NCBI GenBank assembly: GCA_014729775.1
Contig: WJJJ01000007.1
Span: 94,302-158,301 of the forward strand
DNA length: 64,000 bases
Source: Candidatus Omnitrophota bacterium
GTDB taxonomy: Bacteria > Omnitrophota > Gorgyraeia > Duberdicusellales > 4484-171
Direction: 5' to 3'
The notes beneath the pieces were generated by a model, which worked only from the letters and a program-made list of their open reading frames with translations, was not told where the DNA came from and ran no database searches. A program made the translations under genes and the position numbers. Below are positions 1 to 10,421 of this stretch, one piece after another. Within the stretch, counting starts at the first letter, position 1. Every line of letters begins with the position of its first letter.

Positions 1-1
1 T

Positions 2-562
2 CGTTACGACCGACAGGATGCCAATCATTACGATACTATTTCGGCTTTTATCAAGTCGATTCGGGGAAGTGATCCCGACAGCGCCTTATACTGGTTGGCC
101 AAAATGATACACGGGGGAGAGGATCCCCGTTTTATTGCCCGAAGGCTGGTCATTCTGGCCGCTGAAGACGTGGGCAACGCCGAGCCTTTCGCGCTTGTGC
201 TGGCAACGAACTGCTTTCGCGCGGTCGAGGTGATCGGGTATCCGGAAGCGAAATTGATTCTAGCGCAAGCCACGGTGTATCTGGCCTGTGCTCCGAAGTC
301 AAATGCCAGCTATCAGGCGATACTCGCGGCGATTGCCGATATAGAGCGGTCCCGCACGGTGGAAGTTCCTTCGCATCTGAAAACCCACGCCCGTACCTAC
401 CGCTATCCGCACCGAGTACGGCATGAGGGGATCGGCGGATTCGTCCCGCAAGAATACGGCGCGCCGCGGGACTATTTCTTTCCCTCGGATGCGGGATACG
501 AACGGAAAATGAAGGAATTTTTGGCGCGGATCGGCGAGCTGGAGAAAAGGGAAGAGGGCTGA
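2..562 (+). CDS. rarA: Replication-associated recombination protein A (RarA/MgsA), 3' end (5' part lies outside window)
   Basis: Open in-frame from nt 2. Translation (...HYDTISAFIKSIRGSDPDSALYWLAKMIHGGEDPRFIARRL...) matches the conserved MgsA/RarA C-terminal domain. Confidence 0.6.
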   Translation, partial: RYDRQDANHYDTISAFIKSIRGSDPDSALYWLAKMIHGGEDPRFIARRLVILAAEDVGNAEPFALVLATNCFRAVEVIGYPEAKLILAQATVYLACAPKSNASYQAILAAIADIERSRTVEVPSHLKTHARTYRYPHRVRHEGIGGFVPQEYGAPRDYFFPSDAGYERKMKEFLARIGELEKREEG

Positions 563-649
563 GGTCTCTTGGGAATGGGGCTTGAGTTTTACCGGTATTG
601 TGGTAAATTGAGATAATCTATCCAGCAAAATAAAGGAGGAGCATCTCTG

Positions 650-1624
650 ATGATTAAAGAAATATCTATTCCGAAAGTGAAGAACCCCATTTTTATCGCC
701 GCGTGGCCGGGGATGGGAGAGGTCGCGTATCGAACCGCGCTTTTTTTGAAAGAAGTGCTCAACTGCAAGATGTTCGCCAAGCTCGAGGCGCAAAAGTTCT
801 TTCGGCCCGCCGCGGTGACGGTGGATAAAGGGGTGATTGAACTGCCGAGAATGCCGGCGGGATTCTTTTATTACGGAAAGGGAAAAAATCTTCCGGACGT
901 GATTCTGTTCCTCGGCGAAGCCCAGCCTCCGCTTGAGTATGCCGAAGACCTCGCGCAAATGATCGTGACCTATGCCAAGAAATACAAAGCGCAGTTCTTG
1001 TACACGTTTGCCGCGAAACCCGAATCGATCGATCACAAGAGCGATCCGCGGGTATGGATTGCCGCGACTCATCAGGAAATTCTCGGCGAGTTCAAATCCG
1101 CTCCGCTCAAGCATCTTGAGGAAGGGCAGATCAGCGGATTGAACGGGATCGTGCTCGGCGCGGGCAAAAGGAAAGGGCTCAAGGGAGTGTGTCTGCTTGG
1201 GGAGGTCCCCTTCTATACGGTGCAGATAGAAAACCCCAAAACCTGTGCCAAGATACTGCAGATAATCGGCGATAAGCTGGATTTGCATTTGAACATCGCA
1301 CCGCTCATGGAACGCGCAAAATTCATCGAAGAAGAAGTGGATAAATTGATCAATTACATCAAGGGTGAAACTCCCTCACCCGCGCAGGGACCGATGCCTT
1401 TAAGCGAGGATGATATCGACCGTCTGAGGAAGGATCTGGCGACGTATTCCAAACTTCCCCAGTCGGCGAGAAACAAGATCGAATCTTTATTTCGACAGGC
1501 AAAAAAAGACGTCGCAAAGGCCGGTGAACTGAAATCACTGCTTGATCAGTGGAACGTGTACAAAGAGTACGAAGACCGTTTCCTTGATTTGTTCAAAAAA
1601 GGAAAGGGAGATCAGTCCAACTGA
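650..1624 (+). CDS. PAC2 (proteasome assembly chaperone 2-like) family protein
   Basis: 324 aa ORF with AAGGAGG 8-10 nt upstream of the ATG. N-terminal IFIAAWPGMGEVA motif resembles the PAC2/DUF75 family. Confidence 0.5.
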   Translation: MIKEISIPKVKNPIFIAAWPGMGEVAYRTALFLKEVLNCKMFAKLEAQKFFRPAAVTVDKGVIELPRMPAGFFYYGKGKNLPDVILFLGEAQPPLEYAEDLAQMIVTYAKKYKAQFLYTFAAKPESIDHKSDPRVWIAATHQEILGEFKSAPLKHLEEGQISGLNGIVLGAGKRKGLKGVCLLGEVPFYTVQIENPKTCAKILQIIGDKLDLHLNIAPLMERAKFIEEEVDKLINYIKGETPSPAQGPMPLSEDDIDRLRKDLATYSKLPQSARNKIESLFRQAKKDVAKAGELKSLLDQWNVYKEYEDRFLDLFKKGKGDQSN

Positions 1625-1663
1625 CTGCGCGGTGAATTAAGGCAAAGAAACAAAGATTTTTCC

Positions 1664-2380
1664 GTGTACGAGGAACGGAAATACCGGGGATGGGCACACG
1701 CGCCCTGGTGCGTGCCGCTTTGCTTTCGGGAGAGTGATGTGGTCGTGTATGCGGACCGCGCTCTCCCCCGGGAACCCCTTGATGATGCACTGCGCAACGT
1801 GTATCACGCGATTGGATCTTACGCGCAGCAAAAACCCGCATTTCACCATTCCCTGTCTTCTCTTCCCCCTGATGAGGACGCCCCCGCGATCGTACGGCAA
1901 ATGCTGAGTGTTTCCCGGCGAACAGGGATCGGTCCCTTTGCCGCCGTTGCCGGAGCGGTCGCGCAGGCCGTGGGCGAAACCGCGCGCACCCTGGGTGCGC
2001 GTGAAATCCTGGTGGAGAACGGCGGCGATGTCTATCTGTGGATCCAGATTCCCAAAACAGTCGGGGTATACGCGGGTGAGCAATTCCCGGTACCCTTGGA
2101 GATCCGCGTGCCTGCCCGAAAACGCCCGTTCGGTATTGCCTCCAGTTCCGCGCGCATCGGTCACAGCTTGAATTTGGGCCGGGCGGATTTGGTCACGGTG
2201 ATCGCCGCAAGCGCTCCGCTTGCCGACGGCTTCGCGACTGCCTATTCCAATCGGGTCAGGACGGCCGCGGACGCGCAAAAAGTGCTTGCGCGTGCAAAGG
2301 CGCGACCGGACGTATACGGGATTCTGGTGTGCGTTGAAGACCGGCTGTTTCTGCAGGGGGAAATAGAGCTTTCCGGATAG
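1664..2380 (+). CDS. UPF0280/ApbE-like family protein (hypothetical)
   Basis: 238 aa ORF. Motifs IGPFAAVAGAVAQ and ILVENGGDVYLW recall the UPF0280/ApbE-like family. The overlapping minus-strand ORF is judged an antisense artefact. Confidence 0.4.
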   Translation: MYEERKYRGWAHAPWCVPLCFRESDVVVYADRALPREPLDDALRNVYHAIGSYAQQKPAFHHSLSSLPPDEDAPAIVRQMLSVSRRTGIGPFAAVAGAVAQAVGETARTLGAREILVENGGDVYLWIQIPKTVGVYAGEQFPVPLEIRVPARKRPFGIASSSARIGHSLNLGRADLVTVIAASAPLADGFATAYSNRVRTAADAQKVLARAKARPDVYGILVCVEDRLFLQGEIELSG

Positions 2381-2390
2381 CGCCTTCCGG

Positions 2391-3152
2391 CTATATCCGT
2401 ATCGTGTCAAAATCGGCGGGAAACACCATCCGGGGAATGGGGTCGAGTTCTCTGCGGATGCGTGTTTCTTCTTTGCCATCCAGCAGTAAAAAATGCACGG
2501 GAATCAGCGTCAGCCGGGGCCGGGAGCGCATAAACCCGGCAAGTTGTGCCGAGTTAGTGTGGAGCCGGAACAGGCGCGGATATCGGGAAAAATACGTAGA
2601 GGATGCGGTGCATTCGTGGATAAGTATTCGGTAAGGCTCGGCCGCTTCGAGTAATTCGGGACGGTAGGCCGTGTCTGAAGAATAGAAGAACGATTTTTTC
2701 CCGCAGGTAAGTTTTACTCCGAACGATTCGGGCGTGTGTACGTTGGGAATAGCTTCCAGGCGTACGCCGTGGGTGGCAAACGAAACAGTTTCCCCGCGCA
2801 CATCTCTGTATTCGAGTTTGGGAAATTGCGGACGATCGAGCCGGAACGCGGCGCGGAGCCGGTCGACGAGGGCGAATACTGAAGGAGTCGAGTAGAGGAT
2901 TATTTTACGATTCAGGTATGCCTGGGTATGGATAAGCGATATGATGCCGTAGACGTGATCGGGGTGCAGGTGAGTGATCACGATGCGCCGAAGAGACTGG
3001 AAGGGCACCCCCGTCCGGTTCAGTTTTTGGCTGATGCTCCCGGGACAGTCGATGAGCAGGGTGAACTTTCTATGACGGATGAGCAAAGAGGTGTTATCTC
3101 TCGTCGCGGTAGGAACGCTTGCAGCGGTGCCTAAAAACGTGATCCGGGCCAT
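2391..3152 (-). CDS. MBL-fold metallo-hydrolase (RNase Z-like)
   Basis: 253 aa. ITHLHPDH metal-binding motif typical of the metallo-beta-lactamase fold. Convergent with the upstream plus-strand ORF. Confidence 0.6.
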   Translation of the reverse strand: MARITFLGTAASVPTATRDNTSLLIRHRKFTLLIDCPGSISQKLNRTGVPFQSLRRIVITHLHPDHVYGIISLIHTQAYLNRKIILYSTPSVFALVDRLRAAFRLDRPQFPKLEYRDVRGETVSFATHGVRLEAIPNVHTPESFGVKLTCGKKSFFYSSDTAYRPELLEAAEPYRILIHECTASSTYFSRYPRLFRLHTNSAQLAGFMRSRPRLTLIPVHFLLLDGKEETRIRRELDPIPRMVFPADFDTIRI

Positions 3153-3203
3153 GTGTGTGCTCTTTTTGTTCCGGGAGCGAAAAATCGGCGCGGGGAGAAA
3201 TTA

Positions 3204-3287
<84 letters not shown>

Positions 3288-3310
3288 AGTTTCACCTTCT
3301 CTATTTTTCC

Positions 3311-3345
3311 CGGCAGACAAGTCTGCTAATTCCGCCATTCTCGCA
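3311..3345 (-). repeat. Degenerate copy of the tRNA-Leu 5' portion (acceptor/D-arm-like), about 22/25 identical
   Basis: gtctgctaattccgccattctcgca (3321-3345) resembles gtctgccaattccgccaccctcgca (3263-3287). It is preceded by the small hairpin cggcagac-aa-gtctgc. Confidence 0.4.
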
Positions 3346-3414
3346 TCAAAAGGCGCTCCAGGCAGCCGGAAATTGTTTCTTTTATACCACAGATTCTGAA
3401 TTGATGCAACGATA

Positions 3415-4347
3415 TTACGAAGAGCGGGTATCAAAAATATACTTGCTCCCCGGGAATTTTTTTGCGTACGCTTTCATTTCCGCCCCCAGAGAGCTTATTT
3501 CCGCGGTGTGACTAAAGCGGTGTGTGTGGTTGGTGAGGATTCCGATAGACACGGAAAGAAAGCCGAATGCATGAATTTCCCCGTCTCTCCCCTGCGTTTC
3601 GATGCTCTTTTTTTTCCGGTCTTTTTCCTCGAAAAAAGAGGGGGAGGTGCCGTCGAATTGAAGGATGATTTCTTTGGCGATCGCTTCCGCTTTGTCCGGT
3701 TCCGTGATTACGACGAAATCGTCTCCCCCGATATGCCCGATAAAGTCGTTGACGGTGCCTTTCTTTTGCACGGCGGAAATGATGAGACGTCCCGTTTTTC
3801 TGATAACTTCGTCTCCTTTTTCGAATCCGTAATAATCATTGAGAGCCTTAAAATGGTCGATGTCGAGATAGAGTACCGCGAAAGGTTCTTTTTTTCGAAT
3901 TTTTGCTTCCAGTTCACGGTTAATGGAAGCATTCCCCGGGAGTCTCGTGAGCGGATTGGCGTCGAGGTTGATATTGGAGCGGCGGATCAGCATTCTGATC
4001 CGCGCTTCAAGTTCTTCGGGGTTGAACGGTTTCACCATGTAATCGTCAGCGCCTGATTCAAGGCCTTTCACTTTGTCTTCCGTTTCCCCTTTTCCGGTCA
4101 GCATGAGCACCGGCAGGTGAAGCAGCAAAGGGTCGCGTCTGAGCGCCTGACAGATTTCCGTTCCGTTCGTGTCGGGAAGCATATAATCCAGAATTACGAG
4201 ATCCGGTGATTCCTTTTTCAGCGCGCGCATTGCCTCTTCTCCGGTGGCCGCCGTGGCGACCTGGAAATCCCCCTCCAAGCACGCCAGGATCAGGTCGCGA
4301 ATATCGGGATCGTCGTCCACCACTAAAATTTTTATTTTCAGCATCAT
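3415..4347 (-). CDS. Response regulator with REC domain and GGDEF-type (GGDDF) diguanylate cyclase domain
   Basis: N-terminal LVVDDDPDIRDL...ILDYMLPDTNG receiver motifs. C-terminal GGDEF-domain motifs (YLDIDHFKALND, GHIGGDDFVV). Start codon overlaps the HK gene by 4 nt. Confidence 0.8.
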   Translation of the reverse strand: MMLKIKILVVDDDPDIRDLILACLEGDFQVATAATGEEAMRALKKESPDLVILDYMLPDTNGTEICQALRRDPLLLHLPVLMLTGKGETEDKVKGLESGADDYMVKPFNPEELEARIRMLIRRSNINLDANPLTRLPGNASINRELEAKIRKKEPFAVLYLDIDHFKALNDYYGFEKGDEVIRKTGRLIISAVQKKGTVNDFIGHIGGDDFVVITEPDKAEAIAKEIILQFDGTSPSFFEEKDRKKKSIETQGRDGEIHAFGFLSVSIGILTNHTHRFSHTAEISSLGAEMKAYAKKFPGSKYIFDTRSS

Positions 4348-5819
4348 TCCGCCTTCTTTAACGTAAAAGAAAAAGTCGTTCCCTGTTCCGGTTGTGATTC
4401 CAGCCAGAGATTCTGCTTGTGGCTGTCGATGATCCTTTTCACCAGTGAAAGACCGAGACCACTTCCCCGGATTTGCCGGTTGACCGGATTATCGACGCGG
4501 TAGAATTCCTGAAATATTTTTTCCTGGCTTTCTTCATCCATCCCGTAACCGGTATCTTTGACCGTAATAACGGCCGCGTCGTCATTCGCGCTGCAGGAAA
4601 GAGTAATCGTGCCTCCTTCGGGGGTGAATTTTATCGCGTTATTCGTTAAGTTGATCAATACCCGTTCGATTAATGAGCGGTCCATGAACACCCGGCAGGT
4701 TTCAGGCGCGGTGACCTGCAGGGTCTGGCGCTTCGCCTGTGCCTGGAGAAGCAGGAGATCGGCAACTTCGGAAATGAGCGGAGCAATATCATCGGGGACG
4801 ATGTTGATCTCCATTTTTCCGGACTCAATGCGGGAAATGTCGAGCAGCGTATTGACCATTTTTACGAGCTTATCTACATTCTCGTCAATTTTTTCAAGAC
4901 GCGCTTTGGCTTTTTCCGGCAGTTTCCCGAATTTTTCTTTTACTAACAGTGAAGAGAATCCTTTTACCGAAGTGAGAGGGGTGCGAAGTTCGTGGGATAC
5001 GCTCGAAATAAAATTGGATTTCATCCGGCTTACGGTCTCCACCTTTCTCAAACTTTTTACCAGTTCATTGGTCCGTTCGTTTACTTTCTTCTCCAGGTCG
5101 TCTTTCGCCTGATAAAGCTCCTCGAAAAGGTTGATATTGTCCAGACACTGTCCCAGGTACATGCACACGATAGAGAATATTTCCTTTTCTCCCCGCTGCA
5201 CCTCTGATGCGGACAGTAGATCCGAAACCAGGAATATTCCGTACACGTGTGACCGGGCCTTGATCGGGGCCAGCAGATAATCATCACGCTCGAGGAGCGT
5301 TTTGAGCTCTTTTACCGTGTTCATTTCCGAGGAAAACAGATAGGTGGTCTTTAAAAGTTCTTTCTTCGCCGAAAGAAACCGAATGATCCCGTCGATCTCT
5401 TCCTGCGAGAAACCGATATTCGTTTTTACCTCAAGGGCCTCCGTCGTGACCATCAGTCCCTTTTTGAAGCCCAGGACCTGAATGAGATGCTCGTCGATCT
5501 GCCGGAAAAGATGCTCCCGATCCATGATTTGCAGTGAAGAAAGAATGATGTTCTTCAGCAGCACAAGTTTATCGAGTTTGTCCTCTACTTCTTCCTGGTA
5601 AAGTTTTAGTTCCATGTCGCTTTTGATGATCAGTTTCGCTTCCTGGTCGAGCGACTGCACTGTTTGATTCAGGTAGTCGATGTTCTTTTTAAGAATTCCG
5701 ATGGTTTGCAGTTTATTCACCAGATACAGGACGAGCACGATAATTGCGGAGCCGGCGAGGAAAAAAGTGGCCAGGAGAGGATCGAGAGAACGCAAAAAAT
5801 GCTGAAAATTCATTTCCAT
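4344..5819 (-). CDS. Sensor histidine kinase (membrane anchored, HisKA + HATPase_c)
   Basis: Hydrophobic N-terminus, H-box SHELRTPLTSVKGF, N/G-box motifs (NLTNNAIKF, DTGYGM, GSGLGLSL). Overlaps the upstream FIST gene by 10 nt. Confidence 0.8.
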   Translation of the reverse strand: MEMNFQHFLRSLDPLLATFFLAGSAIIVLVLYLVNKLQTIGILKKNIDYLNQTVQSLDQEAKLIIKSDMELKLYQEEVEDKLDKLVLLKNIILSSLQIMDREHLFRQIDEHLIQVLGFKKGLMVTTEALEVKTNIGFSQEEIDGIIRFLSAKKELLKTTYLFSSEMNTVKELKTLLERDDYLLAPIKARSHVYGIFLVSDLLSASEVQRGEKEIFSIVCMYLGQCLDNINLFEELYQAKDDLEKKVNERTNELVKSLRKVETVSRMKSNFISSVSHELRTPLTSVKGFSSLLVKEKFGKLPEKAKARLEKIDENVDKLVKMVNTLLDISRIESGKMEINIVPDDIAPLISEVADLLLLQAQAKRQTLQVTAPETCRVFMDRSLIERVLINLTNNAIKFTPEGGTITLSCSANDDAAVITVKDTGYGMDEESQEKIFQEFYRVDNPVNRQIRGSGLGLSLVKRIIDSHKQNLWLESQPEQGTTFSFTLKKAE

Positions 5820-6940
5820 AACATCGAAAAAATATTTCCCACGTTCCAGTCGATTCTTTGTGCCTGTGTGTCAGGGAAAAGAGCGTAATCCGAATAAAAA
5901 CCAATCATGCGAAACGCAGGTCCCAATGCGTTTTTGATCGTTTTTATTTCTTCGTGGGCGTGGTCTTTCAGTATCCTTTTTCTCAATAAAGAGTTTACCA
6001 CAAAAAGAACCCCGCCCCCATGTTTTTTTATCGGAGAGAGCGCTCCCGGGATGATTTCGAAATCGGTCGACGGGTCGAGGAACATGAGGTGTCCCCGGCA
6101 CCGGGAGGCAACGTTGCCGACGCACACCAGGGAACCGTCATCGAGGATGTCAGCAACGTGGAGAAGTTTTGTGGCGCCATGGGCGTTGATTCCGAGAGGA
6201 TAAAGTTTGAAGAGGCGGTGTTGTTTGAATGCTTCGAATTTTTCTTCCAGATAATGTTCGTATAATTTTTCGGCCGGTTCCCCGTTAATTTCGATAATGA
6301 CGTTTTTCTCCTGTATGGTCCGGGTAACCGTAAAAGGCTTGCCCAGAGGGAAGAACCCCTGGATGGTATGGGGAACGATTTCCTGCCCGCGAAAAAAAAG
6401 ATGCTGGATGCCTTCCTGGTAACTGCCGCCCATGCATTTGCAGTGTTTCGTGAGCAGGGTGGAAACATATCCTGCGCCGTACAGAGGGGAAAATCGTCCC
6501 AGCGCCAGTTCCGCCCCGCGCAGATAACTCCGCGGAGAAAACTGGGAAGGGAGAAAGGCCAGCAGCGGCCGTTTCTCCCCAACCGCGGGGGTGGCGCGGG
6601 TGAGTTCCCGAAGAGAGGTCTCCACTCTCTGCGGCTCGTCGGAGGTGATGATCTGTTCGCGGCGCTGGACGGTTTCGCTGTTGACGCAGAATGCGGCGAT
6701 TCCGCGGGGAATGATCCGGTCTTCGTAGATCAGGGCCGGCGACTGGATGCCTACCATTGCTTCGGGGTGCAGGGTGAAGTTGATGGTTTTGAGCACGGTA
6801 TGGGCGTTGAAACCGGGGGTGAAGAAAGTGAACAGGAATCGGATGTGTTTGGGAAAGAAGGTTTTAATTCGCAGCGAAAGGTCCTTGATTCCCTGTTCGC
6901 CTTGTTTTTCGCTGAGCGCAATTGCGTATCGGTCGGCCAT
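5810..6940 (-). CDS. FIST-domain signal transduction protein
   Basis: 376 aa with the N/C organisation of the FIST sensory domain family. First gene of a 3-gene minus-strand operon with the HK and REC-GGDEF. Confidence 0.6.
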   Translation of the reverse strand: MADRYAIALSEKQGEQGIKDLSLRIKTFFPKHIRFLFTFFTPGFNAHTVLKTINFTLHPEAMVGIQSPALIYEDRIIPRGIAAFCVNSETVQRREQIITSDEPQRVETSLRELTRATPAVGEKRPLLAFLPSQFSPRSYLRGAELALGRFSPLYGAGYVSTLLTKHCKCMGGSYQEGIQHLFFRGQEIVPHTIQGFFPLGKPFTVTRTIQEKNVIIEINGEPAEKLYEHYLEEKFEAFKQHRLFKLYPLGINAHGATKLLHVADILDDGSLVCVGNVASRCRGHLMFLDPSTDFEIIPGALSPIKKHGGGVLFVVNSLLRKRILKDHAHEEIKTIKNALGPAFRMIGFYSDYALFPDTQAQRIDWNVGNIFSMLWK

Positions 6941-7093
6941 TGAACATTGTGCGCGGTCTGTCCGCCGCGTTCAGAATGAAATAGTGGGCTCCTGTCCTGC
7001 GATTACCTTACCATATTGGACCTGACAAATCAACTGCTTCCGGCGTGTCTCCTCCGTGAGGCGGATCTTTGCCGGCTCACTGTAAACGTTTTC

Positions 7094-7122
7094 TTGACAA
7101 CCGCCGGTGAATATGTTATATA
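7094..7122 (+). promoter_or_regulatory. Sigma70-like promoter (TTGACA-17-TATATA) for cvpA, in the divergent intergenic region
   Basis: TTGACA at 7094-7099, 17-nt spacer, TATATA at 7117-7122, about 18 nt before the cvpA ATG. No SD is visible. Confidence 0.45.
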
Positions 7123-7140
7123 CTAATCAAATTACCTCTA

Positions 7141-7713
7141 ATGGAGAAATTTGCGCGGCTCAGTTTTATAGATTTTTTCTTTCTCATTGTCTGTATCCGT
7201 CTGCTGTGGAACGCCTTCCGGGACGGAGTGGTGCTCGAAAGTATTTCGCTTGCAGGTCTTCTTGTCCAAACAATACTCTCTTTTCATTTTTATCCCGTGC
7301 TTACGCAAAGGATACTCGCAAAGGCGGAATTTATTCCACGCCAGCTTTGTGAAGGGATCTCGTTTGCCGTTCTCTTTTTTGGGATCGGCGTCTTATTTTT
7401 TTTTATCCGGAAAGCCGCGGCAGTCGGGCGGAGAAAAGACCAGCGTCCCTGGGGGCAGCGCTTTGCGGGAGCGGGGATCGGCGCGGTCCGGGGAAGTATT
7501 GTGGTGAGTGTTTTTCTCTTTCTTTTTTCACTCTTCTCTTTTCCGGAAAGGAGCTTCGCCGGAAGCCGTCTTTGGCTGAAGGAGATCGCCCCGGTCCTGT
7601 ACGCGGTGGCGGGTCAGGGAATCCGGATCTGGGATGAAAGTTTTGAATTAAATCCCAAAGTAGCCTCCTATTCTTCGGTGGTGAAACAGGCGCAAGGCGA
7701 GAAAGGAGAATAG
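7141..7713 (+). CDS. cvpA: CvpA family membrane protein
   Basis: 190 aa with four hydrophobic helices. Sequence is typical of CvpA (colicin V production protein) family members. Confidence 0.55.
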   Translation: MEKFARLSFIDFFFLIVCIRLLWNAFRDGVVLESISLAGLLVQTILSFHFYPVLTQRILAKAEFIPRQLCEGISFAVLFFGIGVLFFFIRKAAAVGRRKDQRPWGQRFAGAGIGAVRGSIVVSVFLFLFSLFSFPERSFAGSRLWLKEIAPVLYAVAGQGIRIWDESFELNPKVASYSSVVKQAQGEKGE

Positions 7714-7717
7714 TGCG

Positions 7718-8686
7718 ATGAAATTAGGCGAGCTTTATCAAATGGTGATCCAAAAAGGTCTTGAGGCCGATGTCCGGCCCCAGGAGCAGATATCTCGAGC
7801 ACGGGAAGCAAGACGCGCCGTGTATGACCGCCTTCCCCCATGGCAAAAAAAATGTGTCGATCAGAAGGAGTGGATGAATCCGTTCTCCGATTCCCGTATT
7901 TTGTGGGGGGAGGAAGAACAGGAAATCCGCAGTGCATTGGTGGGAATCGACATCTCCGGTGAAGAATTGCTCCTGATCGACCGCATGCGGGAGAAAGGAC
8001 GCGCGCTTGACCTGGCGATATCTCACCATCCGGCCGGGAGCGCGTACGCGAATTTTTACGAAGTCATGGATCTTCAGGTGGACATGTTTTCTCAACAAGG
8101 GGTGAGCGTTGCGGTTTCGGAAAATCTCGTGGGGGAGCGGAAATCCCAGATCGCGCGGAAGGTGAGCGCGGTGAATCATCAGCGGGCGGTCGATGTCGCG
8201 AAGTTGCTGGGGATCCCTTTTCTGTGCATGCATACTCCCTGCGATAATCTCGCCTATCGGCACGTGCACGCGCTTATGGAGCATCATGCGCCGGCAACGC
8301 TGGGGGGGGTGGTCGAATTGCTCTATTCGGTGCCCGAATACGAAACTGCCGCCAAAGAGAATAATCCTCCAAAAATTATCATCGGGAAAAACTCTTCAAG
8401 GGTGCGCAAGATCCACGTGGAATTTACCGGAGGAACGGAAGGTCCGCAGAGCATTTATTCCCGGCTTGCTTCTCAAGGGGTCGATACGATCATCGCGATG
8501 CATCAATCCGAGGCGCATTTTAAGAAATGTAAAGAAGCAAATATCAACGTGATTTTTGCGTCGCACATTGCCTCCGATACCCTCGGGGTTAATCTTATGC
8601 TGGACCATTTGGAACAAAAAGAAACACTGGAAATCATGGAATGTTCGGGATTCCGGCGGGTTTCCCGCAACGGAACGCAGAAGTGA
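7718..8686 (+). CDS. Nif3-like dinuclear metal centre protein (YqfO/GTP cyclohydrolase 1 type 2 family)
   Basis: 322 aa. Sits immediately upstream of dnaG, the conserved position of NIF3/yqfO. His-rich motifs (ISHHPAG, MHTPCDN, ASHIASD). Confidence 0.65.
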   Translation: MKLGELYQMVIQKGLEADVRPQEQISRAREARRAVYDRLPPWQKKCVDQKEWMNPFSDSRILWGEEEQEIRSALVGIDISGEELLLIDRMREKGRALDLAISHHPAGSAYANFYEVMDLQVDMFSQQGVSVAVSENLVGERKSQIARKVSAVNHQRAVDVAKLLGIPFLCMHTPCDNLAYRHVHALMEHHAPATLGGVVELLYSVPEYETAAKENNPPKIIIGKNSSRVRKIHVEFTGGTEGPQSIYSRLASQGVDTIIAMHQSEAHFKKCKEANINVIFASHIASDTLGVNLMLDHLEQKETLEIMECSGFRRVSRNGTQK

Positions 8687-8693
8687 ACGAACT

Positions 8694-10421
8694 ATGATCC
8701 CGCAGGAATTTATTGATGAAGTGCAGAACCGTACCGATATCGTCGAGGTGGTCAGTCAGTATATCCCCTTAAAACGGGCCGGGAGAAATTATAAGGCAGT
8801 CTGTCCGTTTCATAACGAGAAGACGCCTTCGTTCTTTGTGAATCCGCAAAAACAAATATTTCACTGCTTCGGTTGCGGAGAAGGCGGCGGCGCGGTTCAG
8901 TTCCTGATGCAGTATGAAAAAGTAGGGTTTGTAGAGGCGATGGAGATTCTGGCCCAGCGGCTGGGGATGACCGTACCCACGGAAAAAGGGGTCAAACACG
9001 CACGCAAAGCGGTGCTCTATGACATTATGTACGAAGCTGCCCGGTTTTATCATGAGCAGCTCACGCAGCATCAGGACGTCCGCCGGTATCTGCGGCACCG
9101 GGGGGTAGGAGAGCGGACCATCGAAACGTTTCAGCTGGGATATGCGCCCGGAGAAGCGGTACTTACCGCCTCTCTGCGCAAGAAAGGGTTTTCCCTGGAA
9201 ATGATCGAAAAAGTCTCTCTTTGTCAATTTGCGCGCGGGAGATACAGGGATATGTTTCGTGACCGGGTGATGTTTCCTGTCCGGGACGCGCGGGGACGCG
9301 TCGTGGGATTCGGAGGCCGTCTCTGGCGGAAAGACTCCTTCGGTCCCAAATACATTAATTCCGTGGAAAACGTCCTTTACCAGAAACGAGTACATTTGTT
9401 CGGTCTTCATGTGGCGAAGGAGCATATTACCGCGCAAGATTCGGTGATCGTGTCGGAAGGATATCTGGACATGATATCTCCTTTTATGCGCGGAATAAAA
9501 AATATCGTGGCGTCTTTGGGTACGGCATTGACCCACGAACAGGTTCGTCTGTTGAAACGGTACGCATCGGAGTTCATTCTGCTGTTTGATTCCGATAGTG
9601 CCGGAAAAAACGCGGCGATGAGAGCGATCGACGTACTGCTGGAGCATGAACTGCAAATATCGATCGTAGTCCTGCCCCCGGGGGCTGATCCCGACTCGCT
9701 TGTCCGGCAGGAAGGCAGGGAGGGGTTTTCCCGGCTTCTGGAAGGAAAAAGGGGTTTTTTCCCTTATAAAATGGAATGCCTCAAAGAACAGTGGGATATG
9801 CAGAGCGTACACGGGAAATCACGGATCGTACATGAGATGCTGGCGTCACTGCACCGGATTCCGAGTGAGGTGGAAAAACATGAATATATGAAGAAACTCG
9901 CAGCGGAAGCGATGGTCCGGGAAGAAGTCATCTTTGCCGAATACGCGCAAAAATACGGCCGCGGGCGGCAGGCCGCGGCCTCAAAGCCGGATTCGCAGGA
10001 TATTCCCTTTTCTCTTACGGAAAAGATATTGCTGAAATGCGTCTGTATGAATCCTCAAGCGGGTGAAATGTTGTGCCGGAATGTGCGCAGCGACGATTTC
10101 TCTTATCCCTTGGCGCGCCGGGCGGTCGAAAAACTTTGTGAACAAAAAAGTGTCCGGGGCGCACCGTTTTCGGATCTGCTGTCGAAAATGGGCGAGCGGG
10201 AGATATCCGGTTTCTTAAGCGGTATTGTGTGCGACGACACTATCCCGTATAATAAAGAACTTTTCAGGGAAAGCATGGAGAAGCTGCGGCAAAAACGGAT
10301 TAAAAAAATGAAGGCCGAAATGAAAGCGAAAATCCAGGATGCCGAAAGAAGAGGCGATCACGAAATGGTACGAACACTTATGAATAATTACGGAAAAATA
10401 AGCGGGGTAAGCAATGGGTAA
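8694..10421 (+). CDS. dnaG: DNA primase
   Basis: Zinc-ribbon [11 protein letters not shown]...[14 protein letters not shown] motifs ([23 protein letters not shown]). ATG at 8694 follows the NIF3 stop. The ORF-track N-terminal extension is rejected. Confidence 0.9.
   Translation: MIPQEFIDEVQNRTDIVEVVSQYIPLKRAGRNYKAVCPFHNEKTPSFFVNPQKQIFHCFGCGEGGGAVQFLMQYEKVGFVEAMEILAQRLGMTVPTEKGVKHARKAVLYDIMYEAARFYHEQLTQHQDVRRYLRHRGVGERTIETFQLGYAPGEAVLTASLRKKGFSLEMIEKVSLCQFARGRYRDMFRDRVMFPVRDARGRVVGFGGRLWRKDSFGPKYINSVENVLYQKRVHLFGLHVAKEHITAQDSVIVSEGYLDMISPFMRGIKNIVASLGTALTHEQVRLLKRYASEFILLFDSDSAGKNAAMRAIDVLLEHELQISIVVLPPGADPDSLVRQEGREGFSRLLEGKRGFFPYKMECLKEQWDMQSVHGKSRIVHEMLASLHRIPSEVEKHEYMKKLAAEAMVREEVIFAEYAQKYGRGRQAAASKPDSQDIPFSLTEKILLKCVCMNPQAGEMLCRNVRSDDFSYPLARRAVEKLCEQKSVRGAPFSDLLSKMGEREISGFLSGIVCDDTIPYNKELFRESMEKLRQKRIKKMKAEMKAKIQDAERRGDHEMVRTLMNNYGKISGVSNG

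Noticed and set aside
299-1288. 329-aa minus-strand ORF antisense to rarA/PAC2
   Set aside because: It overlaps two well-supported plus-strand genes and has low-complexity Arg/Gly-rich composition typical of antisense ORFs in GC-rich DNA.
1637-2479. 280-aa minus-strand ORF overlapping the UPF0280-like gene
   Set aside because: The plus-strand product has recognisable family motifs (IGPFAAVAGAVAQ, ILVENGGDVYLW). The minus-strand product is Arg/Gly-rich low-complexity.
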